Assembly: GCA_001179505.1 (NCBI GenBank)
Contig: CDMY01000265.1
Location: forward strand, 78,455 to 142,454
Direction: 5' to 3'
DNA length: 64,000 nt
Origin: Vitrella brassicaformis CCMP3155
Lineage: Eukaryota; Protista; Chromerida
The stretch's first letter is position 1, and each line of letters opens with the position of its first letter. The translations under genes were made by a program, and so were the position numbers. Positions 12,381 to 25,900 of the stretch are shown here, in pieces. The notes under the pieces were generated by a model, which had not been told where the DNA came from, did no database searches, and saw nothing but the letters and a program-made list of their open reading frames with translations.

Positions 12381-15300
12381 ATGAAGCCATTCATGTTCTG
12401 CATCGCCACTTTCTCCCTCGACCTGAGGCTTGTGTTGGGTCAGGCGGGGGATATCCCTGGCGCGAGGGAGCGCCTCGTCGGCCTCGAACCCCGTGTCCCA
12501 TCCTTCTTCCCACCCCGAGCTCCCTCACTCATCGACAGGACAGAAGGGGAAGATGCGGCAGCCAGTGTTCCCTGGGGAAGCGGTCTGTTGCAAACCACGG
12601 AGGAGGAGGTCCAGAAAATGGGCCAGTGGCCTTCAGTGGGAGCCATCCGTGTCAGCGAAACGGGAGGTATGTATGTATGCAACCACAAACAACCACAAAC
12701 ACACATTGATGTTTTGGTTGTGACGTCTTTGTGTTTGTGTGTGCGCATTCGCTCGCCATCAGCGGACTGGCGTGAGGCCATGAGGCCCCCCCCCTGGGCT
12801 TTTGATTCTTTCTTGAATGCAGCGCAATCAGGAGGGGAGGGGGAGAGGGAGGGCGTCGAGGTTGACCAGGACTTCGAGGGCCAGCTGCGCCGGGCCATCG
12901 TGCTGGGCACGCCCCTCAAGCTCGAGTATCTCATGCAGCTGGAGGACTTCCAAGGATATGACCCAGCTGTCCTTCCAAAAGTAGAGGAATATCTGCAGCT
13001 CGGTCAGTCGGTGGGGCCGTGCATGCATGCATGCGACACAAGGCAGGACGGCTCTGTGTGTTTTGTGTCTGTCCGATTCCTCAGTGGTGGCTAAATCACG
13101 TGCGGCGATTCGTGACGGGAGTTACCCTCCCGACAAGGTGTGGTCCTTCCTGGACTATGTGACAGTCCGTGCGGCTGAGAAAGCCCGGAACCTCCCGCCT
13201 TACTTTTTGAAGTCGGGAAGCATTGAGGAACAACTCAAGTTCGACAGCGACATGATCATCAAGGTATGACACACACTCTCACACTCTGTCTGTTCCAAGG
13301 GCGTGTTCGGATTCCCTCTTTATTTTGTGCCTACGCAGGACGGATTGGCTAAAGTGAAGAGCGTCCCATCCTCCTTCCCTGGAGCCAGCGTGGAGATGAA
13401 GGATCTTCTGGAAGTTGATCTTCTCGGGCTAGGTCCCAAAGGCTGGCTGCTCTATGCGCCGTCAGCTGTCTCCTTCGTGCCTGGCGAGAAGAGGACAGAA
13501 GACGACCTCACCAAACTCGTCAAGGTCATGCGCAGAGGACAATATACCAATAGAGAGCGGTGTGTGCATCTACGCATTTATCCCCTCTCTTTGTACATTT
13601 CAGGGGTCTCTCAAGACCAGGCAGCCCATCAAGAAGGAGGACCTGAAAGTGATCTATCCGGCGGTCGTCGACACCAAGTTGGAGCCCCTGCAGATGTTCA
13701 TCAACAACCAGGTGGGGGCCAAGTACGACGACGCCAAGACTGAATGGATGACCAAGATCACCAGTGAATACAAAGGCTATGGCGATGCGTTTGATGAGTT
13801 CGTCGCAAGAACGGCGGCCAAAGGTACACATAGGCGGATTGAGCATGGGAGGACACCATTGTTGACCGTTTCTTTTGGGTCTGTCAGAGTCGGAACTGTA
13901 TCTCAAGTATAGCGAGGAGCTCAAAGACCGACTCCTCAGCAGCGACCTGACAACGTACTTCGACAGCATCTCAAAGTCGCTGTTTGAAGACGCCAAGGCC
14001 CGCATCCCCACATGTGACCGATATAAGGACGGCTCCTTCGACAAGACCCTGTGCGAGCTCTTCTACCAGCAGACCTTCCCAAAACACAACAGCAGACGGC
14101 GCCTGCTGTATGACCCCAACAACCCCAGCCCCTCGACGGCTCCGGGGTTCATGTCCATCACCCAGCTGCAGGCAGAGCCCACAGCTGCGGCGATAAAGGC
14201 GAAGCCCATTCTGTTCGACGACCTGAAGCCTCTTGCGGACATGTACCAGAGGGATCCCGTGCCCAAGAAGATTGAGTACACTGACGCAGAGCTGCAGACA
14301 TTCCTCCGGACAGAGGTGGTGCCCTTCATGGCGGCCATGCAGAGGCTCGCCGACACCTACAACAGCATTCTGGCTGGCGGAGAGCACGTGTGTCTCCTGG
14401 CGGAGTGCAAAGACGAGAAATACCTGTTTGAGAAGCTCATGAGCGCCAAGGCCGTCGAGGGGTTCTACCTCTTGCAGCCAGCTGCTGCATACGAAAAGAG
14501 TAGGCAGGCGCTCAGACATAAATGAGAAAGACATGCGCCTTCTCATGTCTCTTTGTTATGTCTCTTTCATCTTGTGTCTTGTGTCTGTAGAGGTGACCCC
14601 CGAACTGGTTCTGTACCAGGATCGCTTGGCTCGGCAGCTCTACACTGAGGCCAAGGCCTACGCGGAAGACTTCCCCAAGAGGCCCTATTTGCCCAAGCGA
14701 CCCCCACAGGTCCCCGACCTCAACGCACTCACGGCCCTCAAGCAATTGGATGACCTTGCCAAATATCTCCTCGTGAGCGGCTCGACAATGCCTGTGAAAC
14801 CTGGTGTGCGCACGAAGGACATTCTCTGGCGTCTCTGTAATGATGTGCAGGATAAGCTGGTCAGCAAGGTCGATGTCGTCGCATCTGAGCTGCAGGCCTT
14901 CTTCAAGACGGCCCTTCCCAAAACCCTGCAAATCCTGCCGAGCTTCTACAAGGAGGTCAGGGCTGCATTCGAGCCGGTGCACGAGAAGCTCAAGGGCACC
15001 GACTACGGCAAGGCATTCGACAACTTCGTCGCATACGAGGCTGCCAAAAGTAAGGCGGACGTCGAGACACCAACACAGAAGAGGCAGAAGCAAGTGAAGT
15101 CTGCTGGTTGTCATTCAGTGACCCGCGAGTTCCGTCGCTACTTCGACACGGCAACTCTTGTCGACGAGGCGGTCCGCAGCAAGTATCTTAAGGAGGTGGC
15201 GGCTTCTATCGTCAAAGACGGCGAGCACCGGCTGCCGTCCATCGATCGCTACGACAAGGACTTCGACAAGAAGCTCTACACTCTGTTCCAGGAGGCCTTC

Positions 15301-18300
15301 AAGACAGGCTCCGTCATCACGGCATCGGTGTCCGTGCCGGCAGACTGTCCCCTCGACGATCCACTCTGCACGAGTGTATCCCAATTGCCCACAGTCAGTT
15401 TCCAAGACGTCAAGCCGGCCTGGGCGACCACAGCCCCAGACGACTGGACCCACTTCCTGGACAAATTTGCTGTTCCCTTTTTTGAGACCCTGCGGCTAAG
15501 CGGAGACAAGTATTACAAGGACGCGAGTGAGGAGAAGAAGAAGGTGTTCAGGGACTACCTTCCGACACTGGCGGTAAGGTAAGATTGGTGGCAGCGCTGC
15601 CTGCCCCTGCATCATCCATCCCCTGATCTCACCTGGTCTTTCCCATCAGGTCGATGGCTACTACCTGCTGATCAACGTCGCGCGGCAGCACACTTCGCCT
15701 GATCTCGGGGAAACACCCATCCGCCGGCGCCTGATGCTTCAAGCCACCCCCGAGCACCTGAGTGCAATGCAGGTGAGAGAGAAACAGGTGCACCTAAGTG
15801 GGTGAGTGTCGTGTGTTCTGCAGAAAACCACTGCGGAGGGGGCGGACCTGTATATTACTCAAGTACAGCCCCCCGAAGTGGTCACCCCCCCAGCCGCCCT
15901 GCTCACGGAATCCGAGCAACTCATTGTCAAGATGAGCAAGGAGGCTGTCGAGGCGGCCAAGCAGTACGGTGACGCTTTCGTCAAGCTGCCCCTGCTGCCG
16001 CCCCTGCTGCCCTGGGGCTACCTGCAGCCCGCCATCCCCAAGGCCCCAGCGGCCTTGCCATTCGTTCCCTCATACAAGCCATATGGCGCGGCATCTTTGG
16101 TCACAGAGGGGGAGTCGATGGTGGTATTCCCCACTCTACGGCAGATGACGCCGCCCAGCGTTGGGGTGCCGGTGTATGGCGGGTCGAGTGAGGCGGTCAA
16201 CATGGTGTTTGTCAGGGAGTATCGGGCCATCCTCTATACGAGGGAGAGGGAGGTCGACCTCACCGACGCGTGGCTACGGAAATTTGATGAGTTTAAGACA
16301 CTAACCAGAGAGGTGACAGTCTACGCCAACTCCTTCCTCAAGGCTGTCGCCGTCAAGGTACTTAGGCAGACGATATCAGATCTCTGTGGCGCTTTCGATA
16401 CTCTCGATTGATGCCATTCCTCTTATATCGTCAGGTGTACGCCAAGAGGCCTTCCTTCGACGGTGAGCAGTACAGCGCGTACGTCGATCTGGTCGCGATG
16501 TATGCTTACGGAGACCTCAGAAAGGTAGGTGCAGAGAGACAGAGACATGTACCAGATTCGCCCACTCACCCCGGCGATGTGATGTGCACTTATGGTATGT
16601 GAGCAGCTGATCGGCCACACGAGGGAGTACAGTGACCTGGGCAGCGACGAGGCAAGGAGGGGCATCGAGGACTACATTGACAACATCCTCTACCGCACAA
16701 GTACAAACTGCAGCACACAGGTTGCACATCGCCCATGCTTTCGTTCATGTGTGTCTGTGTCTGCGTGATTTTCTCAGCCGAGGAGCCCCACACTAACGTC
16801 ATGTGGATCCGCCCCGAGCTGCTGGGCGTCAGTCTATATCAGCTAGAGGAGTTCAAGAACCCGCAGTACACCGACTTTGAGAAGCTGGTGAAAGACACCA
16901 TCATCAAGGAGGACATCAAGTCTGAAGACGCGGACAAGGTGATCAGGGCGATGCCCGGGCCCATCGTGATGCCAGGTGACAGTGAGATGGGGCCCGACGT
17001 CTTCAGAGACAGAGCCACGGCATTCTTCGACGCCATTGCCAAGGAGCGCAGCAGGCTTGGGGCTGACCCAAAACGGCGGAGACTGCAGGCTGGAAGGGAC
17101 CCACTCGCTGTCGTGGTGAGCTGGATGGCGATCATTCACAGAGAGCGATCAATACCGGCTCATTGGCCCGCCCGTGTGTGTGTGTTCTGTGTGCTCAGGA
17201 CCACTATCTGGTGCGTCGAACGGAACGGGCGCTTCAGGCCCTGGCAGTCCCTATGCCTGCTTTTGTTCCGGGTGGCATCCCGGCTTCGCCACCTCTTTCA
17301 TCCCCCGAAGCGGGAGCCGCGGCCGCTCTCAAACTCCTCCAAGAGGCCGATATCTTCTCCACGCAGCAAGGGCAGCCCCAACCCGACATGCTGATCCCCG
17401 GCCTCGATGAGGGCCCTCCTCCGATGTTCGCACCACCTCAGGCCAGTCCCTTGCCGGGGCTGTTGGGTCCGCAGCAGACCGGCGTCCCTGCTCCCCCGCC
17501 CCCACCCACCCCACCTGTCGGCCCAGGTCCACCCCCAGATCCCCTTTCAGCCATGTCCCCCGCTGGTGCGACCCCCATGGCCGTGCCGCCCGCCCCAGGG
17601 GGACTGGTGATGGGGCCTCCGACCGACGCGCTGACACCGATCGAGACAGCCTTCATCGTGCAATTCTACCTGCAGCCATCATCAGGCGCGCCCCAGCCGC
17701 CGTTGGGGTGGGCCGGACCGGTTCCAAGCAAACTGGATGATTTCAACTGGTCGGGCAGGAAGCAGGAGCTGGGGCAGATGGTCGACGCATTCGTGGCCAC
17801 GGTTGCCACAAAGAAGGCCGAGGTAGGCATGGCGTGGCATGGCATTCGCGAGACATCCATCCATAGCGCGAGACGTGTGTCTGCCTGTCTCTCAATCGCT
17901 GCACAAATGTCTGCCCGTCTGTCTGTCTGCCCTGCAGTATGCTGCCCAGTATGCGGACGACCCCATGAGAGTGCAGACCTTCAACGACTGGCTTTACAGC
18001 CGCACACTCATCGAGGCCGGCCGCGTGGCAAGCTTCGTGCAAGGCGAGTCCGAGGGCTACATCGGCACCATAGCCGTGCAGAGATTCATCAAAGAACGGG
18101 TCAGTCGCCCGACTGGCCGGCCCGGCAATGCCTAGACAGAGACACGTCTCACCATGTCTCGTGTGGCTGGTGGGCGATGGTGTGCAGGCGGACAAAGTGT
18201 ACAACGAGGGTGTGCAGTTCATGGAGAGCTGGAGCACCCCCCTGTTCTCCACCAGCAGGCTCTTCTACAGCCAGCCCGATTGGCAGCAGGTCGACAACGG

Positions 18301-18382
18301 CCCCCCAGCACTCGGCCTGGAGGTCATCGCACAGTCGGCCGCAGAGCTGGGCGGAACCATCCAGGGGCTGTTGCCTGTATGA
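12381..18382 (+). CDS. Large (about 1,600 aa, about 15 exons) secreted hypothetical protein with degenerate internal repeats, Pro-rich linkers and RRRL motifs
   Basis: Leader MKPFMFCIATFSLDLRLVLG; the junctions I checked are GT-AG and keep the frame to TGA at 18380-18382; internal repeats YGDAFDEFVARTAAK/YGKAFDNFVAYEAAK and RIPTCDRYKDGSFDKTL/RLPSIDRYDKDFDKKL. Confidence 0.8.
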
Positions 18383-19248
18383 TGACATCCGATGATAGTC
18401 GTTAGGCAGCAATGTCTTTGCTCTTGTATGGCTCTGTGGGCCGCACCACGGTGTAAGCATTAAGCCGTCTTTGTTCGTTCGTCTTTCGGCTCTGTGGACG
18501 TGTGACACGAAGGGACGTTGCTTAAGCCACTTGCGCGTTCGTGTGTGTGTGTGTGCGTTTCACTTTGCTGACGGGTGCATATGTGCATATGTATGTGGCA
18601 ACATTTTCGGTAACATGTTCAAGTCAGTTCGGGGCAACAAAGTCTCTGCCTCCCCCTCCCTCCCTCCCGCCACCGCTTTTGCAAGAGGGAGTAGGTACTT
18701 GTTGGTGAAGAAGGTGTTGACGTACGAAATGAGCCATCGTCTGCCCACCTACAAGTACACCACCACCACGCCCACACCCACTTGCCCACCTGCGGCCAAC
18801 CCACACGCACGCATCACGCCAACCTGCCTACACCCATAGAAAATACCAATACGAGTGAGTATGCACATATACGGCCGAGACTGGATGACCTAATCAGTCA
18901 GCACGACAACCACACACACACATACATACCTACGTGTATACATACCTACATAGCTACAGAGGAGTGAGTGAGTGAGTGGGTCGTGTACGAATGCGAATAC
19001 ACGGGCGGCACATGCTCAGAATGACGCCATGCATGGCTGTCTGTCTGTCTGTCCATAGAGACGGGACGGAAAAACAAAGTCAGTCACTCAGCCCTCCATC
19101 CAGATCGATCATGTGTTGATCTTGGGCGGGGCGTAGGTGCCGTCGATCGCCTTCATGTACAGCTCCAGACGGGGGGAGAGAACCCTACCGAAGCCGTCTT
19201 CGGCTACCTGCGAACAATCAAACAGTGATCGGGTGAATTGTTCAGACA

Positions 19249-20572
19249 TCAGCCGCAAAGCAGCAGAGTTGTGCATACGCCTCTGGCCATCTCCAGGTAT
19301 GTCGTGTCGCTCCCCGGGGGGACTGTGGCCATCGTCAGCACCACGGCAAACACCAACACGGCCTCCTCGGCTGCATACCGACACAGACAGGTCGTGTGTG
19401 TCATGAATGGTCTGTCTGTCTGTCTGTCTGTGTCTATGTGGGTACTTCCGAACACAATGTAGCGCTGTCCATCGCCATGTGCGATCTGCTGCAGCACCGT
19501 CTCGACAGCAGGTGTAAGTTGTGCGAGTGGGGCGTCGGGAGGGCTGGGCAGCAGCACCATGTCGCCCACAACCTGTGGGACACCACACCCCAGACAAGCA
19601 TAGAAGTAAGCGCCTTCCTGCTCGCCTCGCACGCCCTACATACGTGTATGTTGCTGCTGCTGAGATTGATGTATGTGTAGGGCTTGACGGCTTTGTCTGG
19701 AGGGAAGACCGAGTCCACCTGACTCCACACACACGCACACCCACTTCCACACACACATGCATGCATTCGATGGTCGCTTGCTTCGGGTCTGACCACATTC
19801 AAGTACGGTGTGGAGATACAGAAGCACCAGCGGCCACCTTTGAGTTCGACAATGTGCATAGGGGTCCGCTGGGCAGACAACCTGCATGCCATGCAATTCA
19901 TGTGCAATAGATCAATGAGGCAGAAACACAGACAGACACGAGGCGCGCCCACTCACAAGTAGGTGTCCTGATACTGAGCGTGGCTCTTCTGCACAGCACA
20001 AACAGACAGAGGGGGAGGGACACACGACACCCAACCATTGCACACTCACCCACTCACCCACCGCCCTACCTGACGAATCTGTGCTGTGATGACGTCCTGC
20101 TGCTCCTCCTGCACACACACGCACGCCACCATCATCAGCACACCAGACCATGCAGCCCATTCGTGTCATCGCTTCTGTGCAGGCCGACCGGTGACAGGCC
20201 AGTGGGGATCGCCTGAGGCGACGTCGACTCGGGCTGCACAGACACAGAAACAAAGCGGCAAGGGAATCGCCTGTCCCATGCCCTCCCATGCGGCTCGTGA
20301 TCTTACTTCGGTCACCGGCTGTGCGGCCTGAGAGCAGCTCACACGTGCACCACGCACCACACAAACCACACACACCCACGTCAGCACACCCCGGCAGACA
20401 GACAGACAGACAGACAGACAGCCCGGCAACGTACAACAAGAAGGGACGGGAGGACGACTGGCTGACAGCCCGGCAACGTACAACAAGAAGGGACGGGAGG
20501 ACGACTGGCTGCGAGGCATCTGTGTACCTGGCTGGTGTCAGCAGCAGCGGCAGCAGCCTGCCTATTCCCCAT
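19249..20572 (-). CDS. Unknown N-Gly protein, family member A (many micro-exons)
   Basis: Exons MGNRQAAAAAADTSQ|AAQPVTE|PESTSPQAIPTGLSP|EEQQDVITAQIRQ|KSHAQYQDTYL|...CFCISTPYLNVV|VDSVFPPDKAVKPYTYINL|VVGDMV...RYIVFG|TEEAVLVFAVVL; matches the gene at 53.5-54.8 kb exon for exon. Confidence 0.7.
20418..20511. repeat. Perfect 2 x 47-bp tandem duplication in an intron
   Basis: acagcccggcaacgtacaacaagaagggacgggaggacgactggctg at 20418-20464 and 20465-20511. Confidence 0.95.
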
Positions 20573-20898
20573 TCCGTCCGAGAAACAAAACCCAATCGGA
20601 AACACGCGGAGGGGAGCCGCTCTAAGCCTTTTCGGCGGGTTCCTCGGTGCAATGGAGCGGAAAGAATTGCAATGGAATTGCAATGGAATGGTTTGGAAAG
20701 ATCCACATCACATTATCATCCATGCACACATGAAACGAAAAGGGACAGCACTGCAGCCACTGCAGGAAGCCAACCCATGCACCATGCGTTATCTACACAT
20801 GCCCCTCCCCTGCTGTGCTTCTTACTCAACCACGCACGCACGCACGCACATGGATCCGTCGGCTTCAACCAACTGTCCATCTGTGTGTGTGTGTCTAT

Positions 20899-22765
20899 TC
20901 ATACCGGCTTGGGCCCACCACACACGTCACACCTGGCCGCCATGGGGGGGTTGTACGCGAACGTGCAGCGGTCACACCTCCACACGGCGGCGAGGGCAGC
21001 AGCACCGTCGTGCACCCGGCGCCGCTTCACACCGCCACCATTCCCCTCCCCCTGTCCCTCCCCCTGCCCGTCCCCCAACTCATCGCTATCGCTGTCGTCC
21101 AACACAATCACGTCGTCACTGATGGCAGACGCTGCTGCCTCGCCGCCACCCTCACTCGGACCCTCCTCCTTGACGGCCACGCCAGCCGCTGCAGCAGCCG
21201 CTGCTGCTGCAGCTGCAGGTTCGCCCCTGTCACGGCCGTCGTGAGGTTCGTGTTCGTCTTTGATGGCGAGACGGGCGAAGAGGTCGGGGAAGGCCTGCTC
21301 TGCCTCCTCCTCCTGCCAGGCGTTGTCCTGGGGGGCCAAGGCTGGCTGGGCGTCGTCCTGACCTTCGTCGGTGGTGAGGTCGATGATGAAGTCGACATCT
21401 TCCTCATCGCCCACGGCTGCGATGCACCGGCCGTCCTGATGATTGGTGGATACATCCATCAATCAGGGAGGGGTGGGTGGGTCGGTCTGTCTGTCTGTCT
21501 TTCTGTTTGGGTGTGTGCGATGTCGTATGGCTGCTTGCTTACGTCTTTGGCCGCCCGCTCCCTCTCTGCAGCAGCAGCAGCGGCCAACTCGCCTGGCTTC
21601 AACGCTGATGGGCAAAGATGAAATGGGAGAAGCAATGTGTGTGTCGCCAATATGGTGATGTGTGCGTGTGCCCGCTATCCTACCTTTCATGAGGTCCGCA
21701 TCGCCTCCCAGCCGGTTGCCGCCCTTGGGCATGAGCTTCTTGAGGTGGTTGCGCCGCTCGGCAGCCTGACGACCCAACACCAACACACACGTGGAATGGA
21801 ATGTATGTACAGCCTCATGGCACATGCCAGTCGGAGTGTTGGCGAGCGTACCATCTTGGCCTTCTTGCGCTGGTCGTCACGGGACACGGGATTGTGCATA
21901 GCACCACCCAGCCGCTTGCCTGACATGATGCGATACACAACACACCGATGGATGATGCACACCGACATGACATACACGAGTGCTCCACCACCAGATGTGT
22001 AGGTGTGTGGTCCGGCATACCCGTGCCGAGGAAGAGGCTGGTGTCCATCGCACCACTAATGCCGCGCCGAATCAAATCGCTGCACTCCTGCACCCATCCA
22101 TCCATGCAGAAGGAAGATAGAGTCACATGAACATGATGCACACACATTCCCTGCACCCCCGCCCACCTTCTGCAGCTGTGCCCAGAGTTTGTAGAAGGCC
22201 GCGTCGTGTCGTGGGATGTCGTTGTGCGCCAACTCGTGCGTCAAGCAATACAGCACTAAGCGATACGAGTAGGTGATCCCACTGTTCCTCGTCTGACGCA
22301 GCCGCAACTGATGGCCACCCACCACCCACACACGCAACACGCAGGCATTCAGTGAGGTATTGCGGTGCCTTCCCTCCTCACCGCTTACACATATTTTGTG
22401 CCCTTGGTTGACGTTGAAGCCGCCCACATTTGGGTTTCTGGGTATGCCTTCGTAGAGCAACGGAACTCGCCACTTGTACTTGTACATCAATGGCTGCACA
22501 CCACACCAGGAACGGAGCACACATGGTCACTCACTAGAACACCAGCAGCCTTTCGTGCCGCATTGTATCGCAGCGACGTACCTGCACCTGTGCAGCGGCT
22601 CTCTCGAGCATCCGCCGCGCCTCCTCCTTCTGAGGCAGATTCAACACTCGAATCTGCACACAACACACACAACGAACGAACGGTATGCAGCAGAGGTGAT
22701 GATGATCTGTCGTTTGTGACCTCTTGGAATCGGTATTTCTGTCGGTTTATCTCCTCTATAGACAT
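20899..22765 (-). CDS. WSS1: Wss1-like WLM zinc metalloprotease with SHP/VIM/SIM-like motifs and C-terminal RanBP2-type zinc finger
   Basis: Spliced IRVLNLPQKEEARRMLERAAAQVQ|PLMYKYKWRVPLLYEGIPRNPNVGGFNVNQGHKI|LRLR...LTHELAHNDIPRHDAAFYKLW; GKRLGG and GNRLGG; ELAAAAAAERER; FIIDLT and VIVLDDSDSD; WRCDRCTFAYNPPMAARCDVC. Confidence 0.88.
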
Positions 22766-22992
22766 GGCGGATACTTGTGGCTGCAGAACGCCAAAGAACT
22801 GACGCAAGGTAGGCGAAAGCCGCTGGGAAGGATTCAGAAATAGAGCGGAGTGGACGGCGGGCCAGGCGGTGGATGCCACCGTACGTGGGATGTGACACCT
22901 GTCCTAATCCGCCATCAAAAAAAGGCTTCAGTTTTCGAGGTCGAGCTCTTAGGGAAAGTTTGAGGGGGAGCGGACCCTGGGCTGGGGGCTGC

Positions 22993-25900
22993 ATGTCCGT
23001 CTCAGTTGCCCCCCCATCCCACACTGGGTAGTGTTTCTTCTCCGCAGACCTCCGGTTCTCTCATGTCCTGGCAGATGCACAAGCCGCTGGACGAGGTGGA
23101 TTCGGTACGTCGCTTCGTGTGATCTTCTTCGGTTGCTGATCTTCGCAGGTAAGACAGCAGATGGATGGACAAGAGGCGATGCACACTCATTGGGGGGACG
23201 ACAGACAGTCTACGGGCAGCTTCCACATTGCAGAATGTCCTGTTTTCCCTGTGTGTGGATGCCATGACAGGCGAGTCTCAGATCCGAGACCGACAGGCAT
23301 TCGGTGCTCAAATCTGCTCTGACATACCGCCACAACCCCTTCCCCTCTCCATTGCCTGGGATTCAGCCCTTGTCGGTCGCTAACACCACCTCATCACGCC
23401 CATGGAACCCCCATCAGGTGGGCTGCACCGTCAGGGAAGATAGACTCAGCACACACTCACTGTGCAAATGTCTGTTATGTCAGAGCTCCCCACGGATCCG
23501 ACGGAGCGTCGTCGTCTCATCGACACGGTGCTCGACTCCATCGGCAGGAGGACATCGGGCACAACGCAGAGGGCACACACGCACGCTGAGGGATGGCAGC
23601 CGAGAGAGGAGCGCGACACCACCGGACCACACTCAGCACCTGCACGAGCGCACACTATGGAGGCGAGCCCAGCCAGTCGGGGAGGTATGGTGATCCAGCG
23701 TGCGACCGAGACGGGACCGCAGCACCAGCCGCCCCACGAGCATGACATGCAAAGGATGCAGGAAACACACGACAAACAGGCACAGGAGATACAAAAGGTT
23801 GGTGCCTGGGTGGAGCAGGAGGCAGGGAGGGACCTGGCTGGGTGTGGTGTACTTCACGTGCTTACATCTCTCTCTCTCTCTCTCTCTTGCTGTCCCTCCC
23901 TATGTCTCTATGTATGTCTCCTTGTCTGTGACTGACAGGGTCGTGAGGCGTGCACCAAGCTGTCGATAGAGGTCCAGAACCTGGCTGTTCGTATGCGTGA
24001 GACAGAGGACAAGCACCTTGGGGAGATCCGTCGCCTGGAGGGCTTATTAGACCAGGCGCACCAGGACTTGGAGAAGGAGCGCCGCGTCAAGGCCGAGGAA
24101 GACCAAGGGACCGTGAAACACCGGATGGAGGCCAGACTGCAGCCGCCCCCTGGTGCTCCGGTGCTGTCATGCCCCACGTCTCCCTCCCTCCCAACCCCCA
24201 CACCCACACCTGACGCGAGAACAACACTTGCCCGGCGGCCGCCAGCAACACACAAGTCCCATACCATGCCGGCAGACGTCGAGGCCTCCCGGCCTGCCCA
24301 TTCTGGAATGGAGGTGGCCTACAAGCGGCGGGCGACCCACCCCATGACGAGAGAGGAGGAGGAAGAGCGAGCCTTTGAAGACATCAAGTACGGCCCTGAG
24401 AAGTACAGGCGGGGCTACACTATGCCACCACGGCTGACCGAGAGCCCCTACACGCTGCACGAACTGACGCCGCCCAAGAAGAGCCTCACCATGCCGGTCG
24501 GACCCCCTGCCGCCGATGCACACCCGTCGACCCTTGTGAGCATCTCACCTGACCGTGGCATCGTCGCCCCAAAGACGTCAATCGCCATCGGGCCAAAGCG
24601 CGACCTCACCACACCAACAGTCACAGACACCGCTTTAGCCAAGACAATGCCGCTTCCGCCTCCGCCGGGGCAGCAGGTCGGGCAGAAGACACGGCCCAGT
24701 CCAGCCCGCTGGCGGTCGACCCCGACGATTGGGTTCACATCGCCGTCACAGGTGCGTCTCCGCGAGGCCAAGACGGATGGCGGTGATGTCATGGGCAGCG
24801 TGCTGTACAACGGGCCAGAGGAGGTGGAGAGCAGCATGCTGTCGCCTCCTGAGGAGGGGAAGATGGAAGAAGACAAGACAAAGACAGAGACAGAGAGGAG
24901 GGAGGTGGGCGCTTACGAGCCGACAGTGGAGCCGGAGACATTTGAGAGCTGGCGGCTTCACGCCACCCCCAGCCCTTACACCTTCGGCACGTCTGTCAGC
25001 CGACCGCCCCCAAAGAGCCCCTACACCACGCGGCCCTCATTCCAAGCTCGTGTCGATGCGGCAGCCGCAGAGGCGTGGACATCACAGCCGACGACAAGAT
25101 ACGGCGCTGTGCGGCCCTCGGCCGACTTCCTCTCACCACCACCTGCCCCGTCCTATACGTCGGGGGCTTACTATGACAGAGAGAGGGAGACGGGCACTCG
25201 CTTCCGGTCGCTGTCGCCCTCCTCAATGCCGCCGCCTCCACCGTGCTTTCTGTCGGAGCGACTGAGAGACGAGAAGCCGATCGACATTCCCCCCATAAGC
25301 GATTTCTATCCGCTGTCGACTCCGCGCTCGTCCCCACTGGACCGTCCCACTCGCCGGCCCTTCCAGACCGAGCCTCTGCTTGGAGGGTCGACCTACACGC
25401 CCGTCCTTCCCCCGCCACGGCTGCCACCCCGCCAGCCATTCGACTTTTCATCGGCCATGAGAGACGATCCCGGATATGAGCTCCCCAGATACAGGGACAG
25501 ATGCCTCCCCTACTGCCCCCGATCCTCCTACCTGTCGTCGATGCCCTTCCCGTCGCTGCCCGAAGACCGGCCCCTCCGTGAGTACTACGGAGGTGGCGGG
25601 CCTCTCAAGACCTCCCGGCCGCCATTCGACTACACTTTCGGGGGCGGCTTGAAGGAGCCCGCCACTGTCAGCGGTGTCAACACGGAGTCGCCCGATGGTG
25701 CCTCTCCTGAGATCAAGCCAGACGACAAGGAAGCGGCGGGTGGCGTGCCAAAGTTAGAAGGCGGCGAAGGGCAGCCTGTGCAGGAGGAGAGGGAGGAAGG
25801 GGAGGAACGTGAGGCTGAGGGTAAGCCCGATCAGGAAGAGACGGCCGCTGCGGAGCAGGACGACGGGTGCCTGGGGCTCGGCTACCCGATCACAGCCACA

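Noticed and set aside
17089-17199. Apparent GC donor after RRRLQ
   Set aside because: A canonical GTGAGC donor about 27 nt downstream gives an in-frame join (LAVV|DHYL).
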